NCBI GenBank assembly: GCA_016214605.1
Contig: JACROD010000014.1
Location: 107,074-158,570, forward strand
DNA from: Candidatus Kaiserbacteria bacterium
GTDB taxonomy: Bacteria; Patescibacteriota; Minisyncoccia; Phycocordibacterales; UBA2100
Length of the DNA: 51,497 bases
Direction of reading: 5' to 3'
The first letter of the stretch is position 1, and each line of letters begins with the position of its first letter. Shown here one piece after another: positions 15,846-24,098 of the stretch. The notes beneath the pieces were generated by a model, which saw only the letters and a program-made list of their open reading frames with translations, did no database searches and had not been told where the DNA came from. The translations under genes were made by a program, and so were the position numbers.

Positions 15846-17573
15846 ATGACAACGGAACCTTATACGACATTTGGTCCGCCGTATGCGGTGGTCAATCTCT
15901 CCAAGCTTGGGCTTCGTTATTTTAGATTTATACTCAAAGTCCGTCCCGAAGTGCGTGATGTCCTGGTAGCGCAGCTTAAAACGCATCCCGGAGTAGGGTG
16001 GATACTGTCATCGGAGGGCTGGTTCAATCTTGGTGTGGGCGTGTGGGCGACGAGTAATGCGGAGATTGTCGACGTAAGCGCTGCCATCCGTAGCTTGCTT
16101 GGTGCGGGGGATACGATCGTCTATCAATCCGAGCTCACGAGTTTGTATGGCTTCGCCAAGCGACCGTACGAGCAAGACACCGTTGCACTACCCATTCTTG
16201 ATGCGATGCATGCGTCTATAGAGCTTTCACCGCTCGAACTCGATTATATAAAAATCGTCACGATGGATAATTCACACAGCTCAGATGAGCTTGCGGAACT
16301 TCTCGGAATTACCTCAACAGAAGTGGGGGTTTTACATATGGGGCTCGTTAGCAAAGGCGTCATTGTGGGGATGCAACAGCGAGTTAATCACATAGGTGTC
16401 TATCACAAGGTCTTTGTGGATACCTTGAGCGCTATCCGCGCTGGCGCGGCTGACGATCTACTCAAGCGGTTGTGGGAGGATCAAGCTTGTATTTATATTG
16501 AGAGGGCGGTCGCGAAATACGACATGGAGTTTGAAATGATCTTGCCGCCCGAAACGGATATTCGCGAATATCTCAAAGACTTCAAAGAATACCAGACTGC
16601 GGTCCTGACGGAAAATTTGTACACAAATCTCTACCCGCTGAGCAAGGTCGCAAACTTTACCGAGATCAAAAATGCATATAGTAGTCAGGTGGGGAATATC
16701 GTTGATCTGCGCACGTCCAAACTCTGGTATCTCAATTACCGCGGTACCGATGCGTACCTCCATATATACGATCAAAAAGAATACGGTGAAGTGATGGAGC
16801 AGGGTGAGATGACGTTGTTTCCGGACGTAGCCAAATATCTCAATGAGAAGCAGTCGGGAGTATCGTATAACCTTATAGATATCGGCAGTGGCAACGGAGT
16901 GAAGGGGCGTACGTTTATCGAGTGTCTGGGTGAGCAATCGGTCAAGGCGTATTATCCGGTTGATATTCAATCTATCGAGCTTGCCGCCGCGCTTCGTGTG
17001 CATCATGACGGCGCGTATGCCAAGCACCCGACACTCCTCAGTTTCGAGAGTCTGGGGACCCGTTTCCCGTTGCGCCTGCTACCATCCGAAAGACAAGTGT
17101 ATGTTTTCTTCGGTGGGACGTACGGTAATTTTCCGTCTTCCGTTATCAACAAATATCTGTTGGCCACGCTTGCGTCCACGAGCGTGCTTCTGGTCGCGGT
17201 GCCGATCGTGGCGCAATCACAGAGCGATGAAGAAATAATCGCCTCGTATAGTAATGAACAGGTTGAAAATATGGCATTTGGTCCGCTGGCCCAGGTCGGA
17301 TTTACCAAGGATATGTTTGAAGATAGTCCGCGCGTGGGCGGACTCAAGGTCCATGTAGCGATAGAAGACGAGCGTCTCGTTACGTCGTTTGTCTTAAGTC
17401 GTACTGTCATGATCACCGGTCGATCGTTTGACGCAGGGACAGTCTTCAAGGTGACCACTTCATGGAAGCCGACACTTGAGCAATTTCGCGCGGCACTGGA
17501 AGCTGATTTTACCGTTGAACGCATGTTTACCAATCAAAGTATGGCGATTGCCGTATTGGCACGAAAAGATTAA
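15846..17573 (+). CDS. Fusion protein: Lrp/AsnC-like modules (N-terminal) plus an EgtD-like SAM-dependent methyltransferase domain (Methyltransf_33-like, C-terminal)
   Basis: HTH segment SSDELAELLGITSTEVGVLHMGLVSKGVI lies between two AsnC-type ligand-domain-like regions. C-terminal LIDIGSGNGVKGR...YYPVDIQ...VFFGGTYGNF...VTTSWKP resembles EgtD-type methyltransferases. Confidence 0.65.
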   Translation: MTTEPYTTFGPPYAVVNLSKLGLRYFRFILKVRPEVRDVLVAQLKTHPGVGWILSSEGWFNLGVGVWATSNAEIVDVSAAIRSLLGAGDTIVYQSELTSLYGFAKRPYEQDTVALPILDAMHASIELSPLELDYIKIVTMDNSHSSDELAELLGITSTEVGVLHMGLVSKGVIVGMQQRVNHIGVYHKVFVDTLSAIRAGAADDLLKRLWEDQACIYIERAVAKYDMEFEMILPPETDIREYLKDFKEYQTAVLTENLYTNLYPLSKVANFTEIKNAYSSQVGNIVDLRTSKLWYLNYRGTDAYLHIYDQKEYGEVMEQGEMTLFPDVAKYLNEKQSGVSYNLIDIGSGNGVKGRTFIECLGEQSVKAYYPVDIQSIELAAALRVHHDGAYAKHPTLLSFESLGTRFPLRLLPSERQVYVFFGGTYGNFPSSVINKYLLATLASTSVLLVAVPIVAQSQSDEEIIASYSNEQVENMAFGPLAQVGFTKDMFEDSPRVGGLKVHVAIEDERLVTSFVLSRTVMITGRSFDAGTVFKVTTSWKPTLEQFRAALEADFTVERMFTNQSMAIAVLARKD

Positions 17574-17579
17574 ATAGAT

Positions 17580-17822
17580 ATGGATCTCGAACAAGAAATT
17601 AAAAAGATACAGGATCGGAATCAGCGCGTTGAGGCTGACAAGAAATGGGAGGTGAGTCTCGTCCGGCGCGGGAGTATTACTGTACTGACATACTTTTTTG
17701 CCGTTTTGTGGCTGGTCTCGATCGGGAATGCGTATCCGTTTCTCAACGCGGTCATTCCTGCGGCCGGATACTTCCTCTCGACACTCACGTTAACCATTAT
17801 TAAGACGTGGTGGCAAAAATAA
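17580..17822 (+). CDS. Hypothetical small membrane protein (80 aa)
   Basis: N-terminal charged helix plus two TM segments. Tightly packed between neighbouring genes. Confidence 0.5.
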   Translation: MDLEQEIKKIQDRNQRVEADKKWEVSLVRRGSITVLTYFFAVLWLVSIGNAYPFLNAVIPAAGYFLSTLTLTIIKTWWQK

Positions 17823-17829
17823 AAACAAT

Positions 17830-18480
17830 ATGCATGAAATGATCGATCGGGTTGAGATGGCAGTGCGACGTGCGATGGAGGCGCAGGACAAAGCACATGA
17901 CTGGCATCACATCGAACGCGTGCGCACGATGGCCTTGCGTATAGCCGAGAAAGAAGGTGGTGACAAAGAGCTTATCGAACTAGGGGCACTGATACATGAT
18001 GTGGGCGACCGCAAGGCTCATGAGAGCGAAGAGGCAGGACATGCGGCGACGTTTGCTTTGCTTGCGGAGTGCGCGGTGCCTCAGGATCTGGCGGACAAGG
18101 TCGCCGATATCGCCCACCGAGTATCTTTTAAGGGTGCGGGAGTGGTCGACGACATGCCGACTCTCGAAGGGCAGATCGTGCAGGATGCAGACCGTCTCGA
18201 TGCAATCGGCGCCATAGCCATTGCTCGTACATTCACATGGGGAGGGGCGAAAGGACGTGCGATATATGATCCTAATGAATCGATTACCTTGGCACAAAAT
18301 GCAGAGCAATACTACTCGCGCGGAGCATCGAGTATCGGGCATTTCCATGAGAAGTTGTTGCATTTGAAAGATCGCATACACACCAAGACCGCTCGCGAGA
18401 TTGCCGAGCATCGCCATGAGTTCATGGAACACTTCCTCGATGAGTTTATGAAGGAATGGGAGGGGAAGGACGTGCTATGA
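17830..18480 (+). CDS. HD-domain phosphohydrolase
   Basis: HDWHHIERV ... LIHDVGD ... DADRLDAIG motif set. Confidence 0.85.
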   Translation: MHEMIDRVEMAVRRAMEAQDKAHDWHHIERVRTMALRIAEKEGGDKELIELGALIHDVGDRKAHESEEAGHAATFALLAECAVPQDLADKVADIAHRVSFKGAGVVDDMPTLEGQIVQDADRLDAIGAIAIARTFTWGGAKGRAIYDPNESITLAQNAEQYYSRGASSIGHFHEKLLHLKDRIHTKTAREIAEHRHEFMEHFLDEFMKEWEGKDVL

Positions 18481-19334
18481 AATACTTCGACGCACATACG
18501 CATGTACAATTTGCCGCTTATAATGCGGATCGTGCGGAGGCGATCCTGCGTGCGCAGGAGGCTGGGGTAGGGATGAATGTCGTGGGGACGCAGATCGATA
18601 CGTCGCGCGCGGCGGTCGCCGTGGCTGGGCAATATGACGGGGTCTGGGCGACGATCGGCCTGCATCCGGTGCATACCAGCAAGTCGTATCACGATACCAA
18701 AGAGCTTGGCCCCTCCTTCGCCAAGGCTTCGGAGGGCAAGGAAGGTCGGGAGGGCTTCATGTCTCGGGGGGAGGTTTTTGATTTTGCCGCGTACGAAGCG
18801 CTCGGGCAAAATCCCAAAGTGATCGCCATCGGCGAGTGTGGACTCGATTATTACCGCGTCGACGAAAGCACCAAGGCGGTCCAAGTGGAGACTTTCATAC
18901 AGCAGATCGAACTGGCCAACAAGTTGGAGAAGCCTCTCATGCTCCACATCCGCAATGGGGCGGGTGAAGCCAATGCATATCTCGATGCGCTCGACCTCAT
19001 CAAATCGCACGCCAAGGTACGCGGCGATGTACATTTTTTCGCAGGTGATTGGGATATCGCACGTCGATTTCTCGACCTCGGATTCACACTATCATTCACC
19101 GGCGTGATCACTTTCACGCATGACTACGACGAAGTGGTCCGCAATACGCCGCTCGATATGATCCTGTCTGAGACTGATGCGCCGTACATCACGCCCGTGC
19201 CGTTCCGTGGCAAGCGCAATGAGTCGGCCTACATTCCGTATGTTGTCGAGCAAATAGCCAAGATCCGCGGGGAAGACACCGAAGCGGTGCGGGGGCAAAT
19301 ACTCAAAAACGCCCGCCGGGTTTTCAATATGTAA
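18477..19334 (+). CDS. tatD: TatD-family metal-dependent hydrolase
   Basis: MKYFDAHTHVQF..., IGECGLDYY, ..LMLHIR.., DVHFF.., SETDAPY. ATGA overlap with the preceding stop. Confidence 0.88.
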   Translation: MKYFDAHTHVQFAAYNADRAEAILRAQEAGVGMNVVGTQIDTSRAAVAVAGQYDGVWATIGLHPVHTSKSYHDTKELGPSFAKASEGKEGREGFMSRGEVFDFAAYEALGQNPKVIAIGECGLDYYRVDESTKAVQVETFIQQIELANKLEKPLMLHIRNGAGEANAYLDALDLIKSHAKVRGDVHFFAGDWDIARRFLDLGFTLSFTGVITFTHDYDEVVRNTPLDMILSETDAPYITPVPFRGKRNESAYIPYVVEQIAKIRGEDTEAVRGQILKNARRVFNM

Positions 19335-19369
19335 AATAAAAGAGCTATCGGGAAAATCTCGATAGCTCT
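19335..19369. terminator. Intrinsic terminator hairpin; the T run is better on the minus strand
   Basis: agagctatcg ... cgatagctct with aaaataaa on the left side, which reads as a T run for the minus-strand gene. Confidence 0.6.
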
Positions 19370-19410
19370 CAGTTGAAGTGTTACTCGTCGGGACCCTTGC
19401 GAATCAGGGA

Positions 19411-19611
19411 TCAAAATCCTTCGGCCGCTACGATGCCTGCGACTATCGCCGCCGATACGATCAAGATCGAGTTCCCTAGGAGTATACCGATCACCGCAAT
19501 CACCATCATTAAGGCGAACACAAGATAACCCATGAGCATTTCTCCGACCCACTTTCTGCCGATAAAATAACCCTTCTTTAAATTGCTGTCAAGTATTGTA
19601 AACCGCTGCAC
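19411..19611 (-). CDS. Hypothetical small hydrophobic protein (a shorter ~40-aa form from an internal ATG is possible)
   Basis: Strongly hydrophobic C-terminal half. Properly oriented terminator downstream. ggag lies upstream of the internal Met codons. Confidence 0.35.
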   Translation of the reverse strand: MQRFTILDSNLKKGYFIGRKWVGEMLMGYLVFALMMVIAVIGILLGNSILIVSAAIVAGIVAAEGF

Positions 19612-19635
19612 GTCGTGATACAGTGCCGGCTACAT

Positions 19636-20154
19636 ATGGCAAAAGATATTGTGGCTGAAATTGACGCAAAAGACACTCCTGAGACGAGTGAGCTTCGCAT
19701 TTATGAGGTCGGTTACCACATCATCCCTACCGTCAAGGAAGAGGAGCTCGATGGGGTAGTCGGCAAGATCCGCGCTCTCATCGAGAAGGCTGGTGGCTCA
19801 TTTATCGCCGAGGGGGCGCCTGTCCAGATGAAGCTCAGCTACCCGATGTCTATCCGCGAAAACGAGCGCCACAGCGAGTACGATCACAGCTACTTCGGCT
19901 GGCTCAAATTTGAGGCCCCGGTAGAGGCCGCGCTCGTCCTCGAAAAGACCCTCCAGGCCGACATGCAGATCCTCCGCTCAATCGTTTTTCGCACGGTCCG
20001 CGAGGAGACCCGTGCACGCCTCAAGCTCGGCACCTTGCGCGAAGTGCGCCGCACCGATACGATTAAGGCACCGGTCCGCCGCGTGGAAGAGGTCTCCGCC
20101 CCGGTCTCCGAAGTCGATCTCGACAAGGCCCTCGAAGAGCTCACCACCGAATAA
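19636..20154 (+). CDS. rpsF: 30S ribosomal protein S6 (with C-terminal extension)
   Basis: RIYEVGYHIIP... S6-like core. Canonical rpsF-ssb-rpsR gene order. Confidence 0.85.
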   Translation: MAKDIVAEIDAKDTPETSELRIYEVGYHIIPTVKEEELDGVVGKIRALIEKAGGSFIAEGAPVQMKLSYPMSIRENERHSEYDHSYFGWLKFEAPVEAALVLEKTLQADMQILRSIVFRTVREETRARLKLGTLREVRRTDTIKAPVRRVEEVSAPVSEVDLDKALEELTTE

Positions 20155-20160
20155 CCAACT

Positions 20161-20634
20161 ATGTACATCAACAAGGCGATCCTTTTCGGCAATCTCACGC
20201 GCGATCCCGAATTGCGCGCACTTCCGTCGGGAATGAATGTGGCTAGCTTTTCCATCGCTACCAATCGTACCTTCAAGGATCGCGACGGCAAGAAGCAGGA
20301 ACAGACTGATTTTCACAATATCGTCGTCTTCGGTCGTCAGGCGGACATCGTCAGTCAATACCTCAAGAAGGGGAGCTCGGTCCTTATTGAAGGCCGCATC
20401 CAAAATCGCAGCTGGGACGACAAAAAGACCGGCGAGAAGAAATACCGCACCGAAGTCGTCGCCGAAAACGTCCAGTTTGGTCCGAAGCCTTCAGGGGGAG
20501 GGTCGGGCGGAGGTAATTATGGCGGCGGTTCACCGGCTCGCACCGAAGATCACGATATGGATCAATCTTCCGGCGGAGGTTCTGGGATTGATTATCCGAA
20601 GGACGACATCAATCCCGATGATATTCCATTCTAA
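20161..20634 (+). CDS. ssb: Single-stranded DNA-binding protein
   Basis: NKAILFGNLTRDPELR...FHNIVVFGRQA OB fold, Gly-rich linker, acidic tail ...DDIPF. Confidence 0.93.
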   Translation: MYINKAILFGNLTRDPELRALPSGMNVASFSIATNRTFKDRDGKKQEQTDFHNIVVFGRQADIVSQYLKKGSSVLIEGRIQNRSWDDKKTGEKKYRTEVVAENVQFGPKPSGGGSGGGNYGGGSPARTEDHDMDQSSGGGSGIDYPKDDINPDDIPF

Positions 20635-20659
20635 AAATTAAGATGTAACAACAAGTCAT

Positions 20660-20854
20660 ATGAACATCCTTACCCAAAACGACATACAACACATCGACTA
20701 CAAAGACGTCGACCTCTTGAAGCAATTCATCAATCCTCACGGTCGCATGATGAGTCGCCGTCGCGCGGAGCTCACCGCTCGTCAGCAGCGTGCCGTAGAG
20801 ACCGCCGTGAAGCGTGCCCGCTTCATGGGCCTTCTCCCGTACGTTCAGAAGTAG
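20660..20854 (+). CDS. rpsR: 30S ribosomal protein S18
   Basis: [50 protein letters not shown]. Confidence 0.92.
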   Translation: MNILTQNDIQHIDYKDVDLLKQFINPHGRMMSRRRAELTARQQRAVETAVKRARFMGLLPYVQK

Positions 20855-20883
20855 CCACTAGCCATTAGGGTATAGCCACTAGC
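20852..20883 (+). repeat. Heptanucleotide tandem repeat TAGCCAC-TAGCCAT-TAGGGTA-TAGCCAC-TAGC, starting at the rpsR stop codon
   Basis: Direct reading shows TAG every 7 nt, so stops fall in all three frames. Confidence 0.85.
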
Positions 20884-20885
20884 AA

Positions 20886-20914
20886 AGCGACAGTCCTTGG
20901 GGCTGTCGCTGTTT
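20886..20914 (+). terminator. Rho-independent terminator after rpsR
   Basis: agcgacag ... ctgtcgct followed by gttt. Confidence 0.6.
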
Positions 20915-20976
20915 GACTTTGTGTTCGGCGTGCGTTATCAAGTAGTCTGGATTCACGAGCAGGAAAGGAGACTGCT

Positions 20977-21153
20977 ATGACCACCTTCGTGATGACCCTG
21001 GTGGAAAACCACCCCTACATGGCAGCAGGCGTACCATTCATTGTTATTGGTGTGGTCAGTATGCTCACTGTCCTTAAGCGCCCGTTTACCAACCCAGTTC
21101 CCTCGGAGAAAATCGAGCCCGAAGTTCCCTGGAAGGATCCTCAGGACGAATAA
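20977..21153 (+). CDS. Small membrane protein (58 aa); below the ORF-track size cutoff
   Basis: aggaaaggag SD 6 nt upstream of the ATG. One TM segment (AAGVPFIVIGVVSMLTVL). Strong terminator immediately downstream. Hand translation is open over 59 codons. Confidence 0.5.
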   Translation: MTTFVMTLVENHPYMAAGVPFIVIGVVSMLTVLKRPFTNPVPSEKIEPEVPWKDPQDE

Positions 21154-21163
21154 TAAACCAAAA

Positions 21164-21195
21164 GGCCCGAGCGATGCTCGGGCCCGTTTCTTCTT
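21164..21195. terminator. Bidirectional intrinsic terminator (small ORF / efp)
   Basis: ggcccgagc gatg ctcgggcc flanked by an A run and a T run. Confidence 0.7.
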
Positions 21196-21228
21196 CACTA
21201 ATGGCTAAACCCGAGTGGCTAAAAGCTA
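21194..21228 (-). repeat. Heptad repeat of the TAGCCAC family immediately downstream of the efp stop
   Basis: Minus strand reads TAGCTTT-TAGCCAC-TCGGGTT-TAGCCAT-TAGTGAA. Confidence 0.75.
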
Positions 21229-21231
21229 TTC

Positions 21232-21798
21232 CTACACCCGCTCCGTATACTCGCCGCTCTCCGTATTGATACGGATCACATCGCCTGCTTCGATAAACAT
21301 CGGGACGGTGATCTTGGCCCCGGTCTCAAGCTCGACGAGCTTATCGCCGCCTTGGGCAGTGTTGCCGCGGGTATTTGGGGGAGCCTCGATGACCTTGAGC
21401 TCGACCTTGACCGGCATGTTGACCTGCACCGGCTCTTCGTCGAACCATCTGACGGCTACCTCGGTATTGCCCTTAAGCCACTTGCCGGAATCACCGATCA
21501 TTTCATCGGAGAGTGTGAAGCGCTTGGATTTGTCGTCGACCTCGTGGAAGACCCACTCACCGTTGCGGTGATAGACGAAGACGGCCTGACGGTTCTCCAC
21601 CTCGGCCTCTTCGACCTTGTCGGAGACGTGGAAGGTGTGTTCCATGATCGATCCGGTCCTGATATTGCGGAGTTTGGCCTGATTGACCGGCTTGCGCTGT
21701 TGTTTGCGGAAGACCCATGCGGAGACGACCTCATATGGTTCGCCGTCCATGATAATAAGCTTCTTCGGAAGCACATCGTTGTATGCAAGCATTGCCAT
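21232..21798 (-). CDS. efp: Elongation factor P
   Basis: 188 aa. ...FRKQQRKPVNQAKLRNIRTGSIMEHTF... is typical of EF-P domain I/II. Confidence 0.9.
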   Translation of the reverse strand: MAMLAYNDVLPKKLIIMDGEPYEVVSAWVFRKQQRKPVNQAKLRNIRTGSIMEHTFHVSDKVEEAEVENRQAVFVYHRNGEWVFHEVDDKSKRFTLSDEMIGDSGKWLKGNTEVAVRWFDEEPVQVNMPVKVELKVIEAPPNTRGNTAQGGDKLVELETGAKITVPMFIEAGDVIRINTESGEYTERV

Positions 21799-21857
21799 AT
21801 CGGAGGATTATAGCCGTCTAGAGGCATTTGTCCACTCTCTATACGTTATCGAGAACA

Positions 21858-22142
21858 CTACCGGAGTCTCCTGAGGATTTCTTTGTACACCACCGAACGG
21901 TGACCAATAGTGACGATTTGTACTGTTTTGCCCTGTAGTCGGTATATGACGCGATAATCCCCGACGCGCAGCTTGCGGCAGCCTTTGAGTGTGTTGCGCA
22001 ATGGCAAGCCGTACATGGTCGGGGAAGTCGTTAGTTTTGCGCGGATCGCGTCGCGGATCTTTTGTCGCCAATCAGGATCGAGCCCCGGAAGATCTTGCTT
22101 GATCACGGATGGATGAAGGGTAATGGAGTATCTTACTTCCAT
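21858..22142 (-). CDS. RelE/ParE-family toxin
   Basis: ...LRVGDYRVIYRLQGKTVQIVTIGHRSVVY is a RelE/ParE C-terminal signature. Overlaps the upstream antitoxin gene. Confidence 0.8.
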   Translation of the reverse strand: MEVRYSITLHPSVIKQDLPGLDPDWRQKIRDAIRAKLTTSPTMYGLPLRNTLKGCRKLRVGDYRVIYRLQGKTVQIVTIGHRSVVYKEILRRLR

Positions 22143-22357
22143 ATTTCATCGTGATCCCTGACCCATCGCACCTTACCCTTCAAGCGTTCGGTAGCTACTT
22201 TTTCAAAATAGGCATCTTCCTCAAGCTCAAGTGCGAGATCCAAAAGCGCGGCGGCCTTGGTAGCCTCGGGCACTTGATCGCGCTTAGCGAGGCCTGCGAG
22301 GGCCTTACGCATGTCTTTTGTGATGCTGATGTTGATACGCTCCTTGGTCGTGGCCAT
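22133..22357 (-). CDS. Ribbon-helix-helix-type antitoxin
   Basis: KERINISITKDMRKALAGLAKRD... looks like an RHH beta-strand plus helices. Start is placed at ATG 22357, which has a tacact -10 box 7 nt upstream. Confidence 0.7.
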   Translation of the reverse strand: MATTKERINISITKDMRKALAGLAKRDQVPEATKAAALLDLALELEEDAYFEKVATERLKGKVRWVRDHDEIWK

Positions 22358-22363
22358 ATCCAC

Positions 22364-22392
22364 AAGTGTATCAAAAGTGTATCACCTGTCAA
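22364..22392 (-). promoter_or_regulatory. Promoter with a tandem 10-nt operator-like direct repeat for the RHH-relE operon
   Basis: On the minus strand: ttgaca, 16-nt spacer, tacact. aagtgtatca occurs twice with an 11-nt period (22364-22373, 22375-22384), overlapping the -10 box and spacer. Confidence 0.5.
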
Positions 22393-22411
22393 ATTGATTG
22401 ATGAACACCGA

Positions 22412-22666
22412 TTATTTATGTCGATACCGATCCCAGATGCACTGGTGCATCGAGACGAAGGTCGAGGCGAGGTGCGGGCTTCGTATGATGAGCGCGTAGG
22501 GATTGCCGTGCGGCTGGATGAGGAGCACGAGGCTCTTGGTGGCGACGACAGTGGTGTCGAAGGGATACATGTGCGGGGAGAGAAGAATGGTGTCACGCAG
22601 TTGTTTCTTGTCCTCGCTCAACATGCGGCGTGTGGTCGGTGATTCTTCGGTAAGGGAAAGGATCAT
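22412..22666 (-). CDS. Hypothetical protein (about 84 aa)
   Basis: ORF only; no recognisable motif. Lies in the accessory island. Confidence 0.3.
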   Translation of the reverse strand: MILSLTEESPTTRRMLSEDKKQLRDTILLSPHMYPFDTTVVATKSLVLLIQPHGNPYALIIRSPHLASTFVSMHQCIWDRYRHK

Positions 22667-22776
22667 CTTTGATTTGATCCCGCACAACTTGACCAAGATT
22701 CAATTATATGATTAGCTCCACCAAGCGCACGAGCTTGTACGCAGTGTACAAGCGAGTGAGATAGGGAGTAGAGGTC

Positions 22777-23280
22777 ATGATTAGTGGACGGAAATTCGCG
22801 CTTTGTATGGTGTTGGTGCTGTCAGTGGGCTTCGTCGCAATCGACGGATATGTTGCGCCGTTCATGTTGAACTATGAGACGAGAATAACTAAGGATGAGA
22901 TCGTCATCGGACGTGTTGACGGGTTCGGCCAGATGACCACATATATGAGAAATTTCGTATCTGGAGATGAGAAAGTGAGAATTATGAAATTCACGTTGTT
23001 TTCTCATCGGTACCTGTCTATCGAATCTTCCGGCGCATGTCACTGCCTAACGAGTGTGTATAAAGATGACAGGGATGACGGACAATACTACTCACTGGCC
23101 CGCATGTCATGGAATGGATTGATATCGGGATTCATAGGGAGGGAACTCTCGACCACTATCATTAATGCGGGCACTGACGATCCACGCGTCAAACAAAAGC
23201 TCTTGGATGATGGAGAAGTCTTGGAAGAGACGCGCCATCGCTTCGCGGGATTGATAACGCCCTCCCCAGTCCTTGAGTGA
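22777..23280 (+). CDS. Hypothetical membrane-anchored protein (167 aa)
   Basis: gagg SD, N-terminal TM/signal anchor, terminator-like hairpin downstream. Confidence 0.5.
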   Translation: MISGRKFALCMVLVLSVGFVAIDGYVAPFMLNYETRITKDEIVIGRVDGFGQMTTYMRNFVSGDEKVRIMKFTLFSHRYLSIESSGACHCLTSVYKDDRDDGQYYSLARMSWNGLISGFIGRELSTTIINAGTDDPRVKQKLLDDGEVLEETRHRFAGLITPSPVLE

Positions 23281-23419
23281 AATCTCGAGACTTTGAGGTC
23301 AAGAAAACAAAAGTCTGGCCAACTTGCCGGACTTTCTTTTATAGTTCGCGGCCGTGAGAGATAAACAAGTTGAAGTGCAAATGTCTGTCCGTCCCCGCTG
23401 CTCCGTTCCTCACCTCACC

Positions 23420-23447
23420 TTGACAAGCATCTAAGTGTTGCTACACT
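23420..23447 (+). promoter_or_regulatory. Second copy of the TTGACAA-N5-TAAGTGTTGCTACA promoter module, firing toward the 3' end of the pemK-like gene
   Basis: ttgaca (23420-23425), 16-nt spacer, tacact (23442-23447). Followed by hairpin accgccc gcaa gggcggt (23478-23495). Confidence 0.45.
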
Positions 23448-23504
23448 AAATGGCATAAGTTGGGGAAACCCAGTGAGACCGCCCGCAAGGGCGGTTCAAA
23501 CATT

Positions 23505-23891
23505 CTATTCAGAGATGAGTTTGCAATATGAGGCGATCAACTTCCGGAGCTCATTTTCTGAAATTTGCCCCATGTGACCCAATAGTCTCTTTGTGTCCAA
23601 GGGTCTGGCCTGATTGAGAATTGCACATGAGGTGTCTCCAAAGTGTGGCAAAGGGTAGTACCAGTTACTCGATTTGCCTTTTGTGGTAAGTGGAGCGGCA
23701 AGCGCGATCTCGTGTGAGAATTTCTTGATGATGAGGACGGGGCGAATATATCCTGTTGTGCCTCCGTCCTGTTCGACACCGATGTTCAGCCCGATCCTAC
23801 ACCAGTACACCTCTCCCGGTTTGATAGGGGCACGATTACCTTGGTCAGTTTTCTTTTTAATCTCATTCCATGCGTCAAAATCTTTTTCCAT
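23505..23891 (-). CDS. PemK/MazF-family toxin (no adjacent antitoxin gene)
   Basis: PIKPGEVYWCRIGLNIGVEQDG...RPVLII...LNQARPLDTKRL is a typical MazF/PemK SH3-like barrel signature. Confidence 0.75.
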   Translation of the reverse strand: MEKDFDAWNEIKKKTDQGNRAPIKPGEVYWCRIGLNIGVEQDGGTTGYIRPVLIIKKFSHEIALAAPLTTKGKSSNWYYPLPHFGDTSCAILNQARPLDTKRLLGHMGQISENELRKLIASYCKLISE

Positions 23892-23909
23892 ACGACCCCT
23901 TCTTTTTCT

Positions 23910-24067
23910 TTATTCCTCCTCGCTCTCACCACCACCGCTCTTCGCCTTGCCGATGACACCACCACCGTCGTGGAGGGCTTTGCGGATGTTTTTCAATAGT
24001 TCGTTGAGTATAGGCTTGTTGGTATGCAGGTATGTGCGCGCCGCATCGTAGCCGCGGCCGAGCTTGG
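23910..24067 (-). pseudogene. recA: Detached duplicate of the recA 3' end (last ~52 codons, no 5' part)
   Basis: 23940-24067 equals 25054-25181 except for one synonymous position. The tail would read ...GKAKSGGGESEEE*. Confidence 0.9.
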
Positions 24068-24098
24068 AGTGCCTTGCGAACAACAACAACCGAGTGAG

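Noticed and set aside
20953-21198. An 81-aa minus-strand ORF between rpsR and efp.
   Set aside because: It runs through the bidirectional terminator. The opposite strand has a better candidate (58 aa, strong SD, TM segment, terminator).
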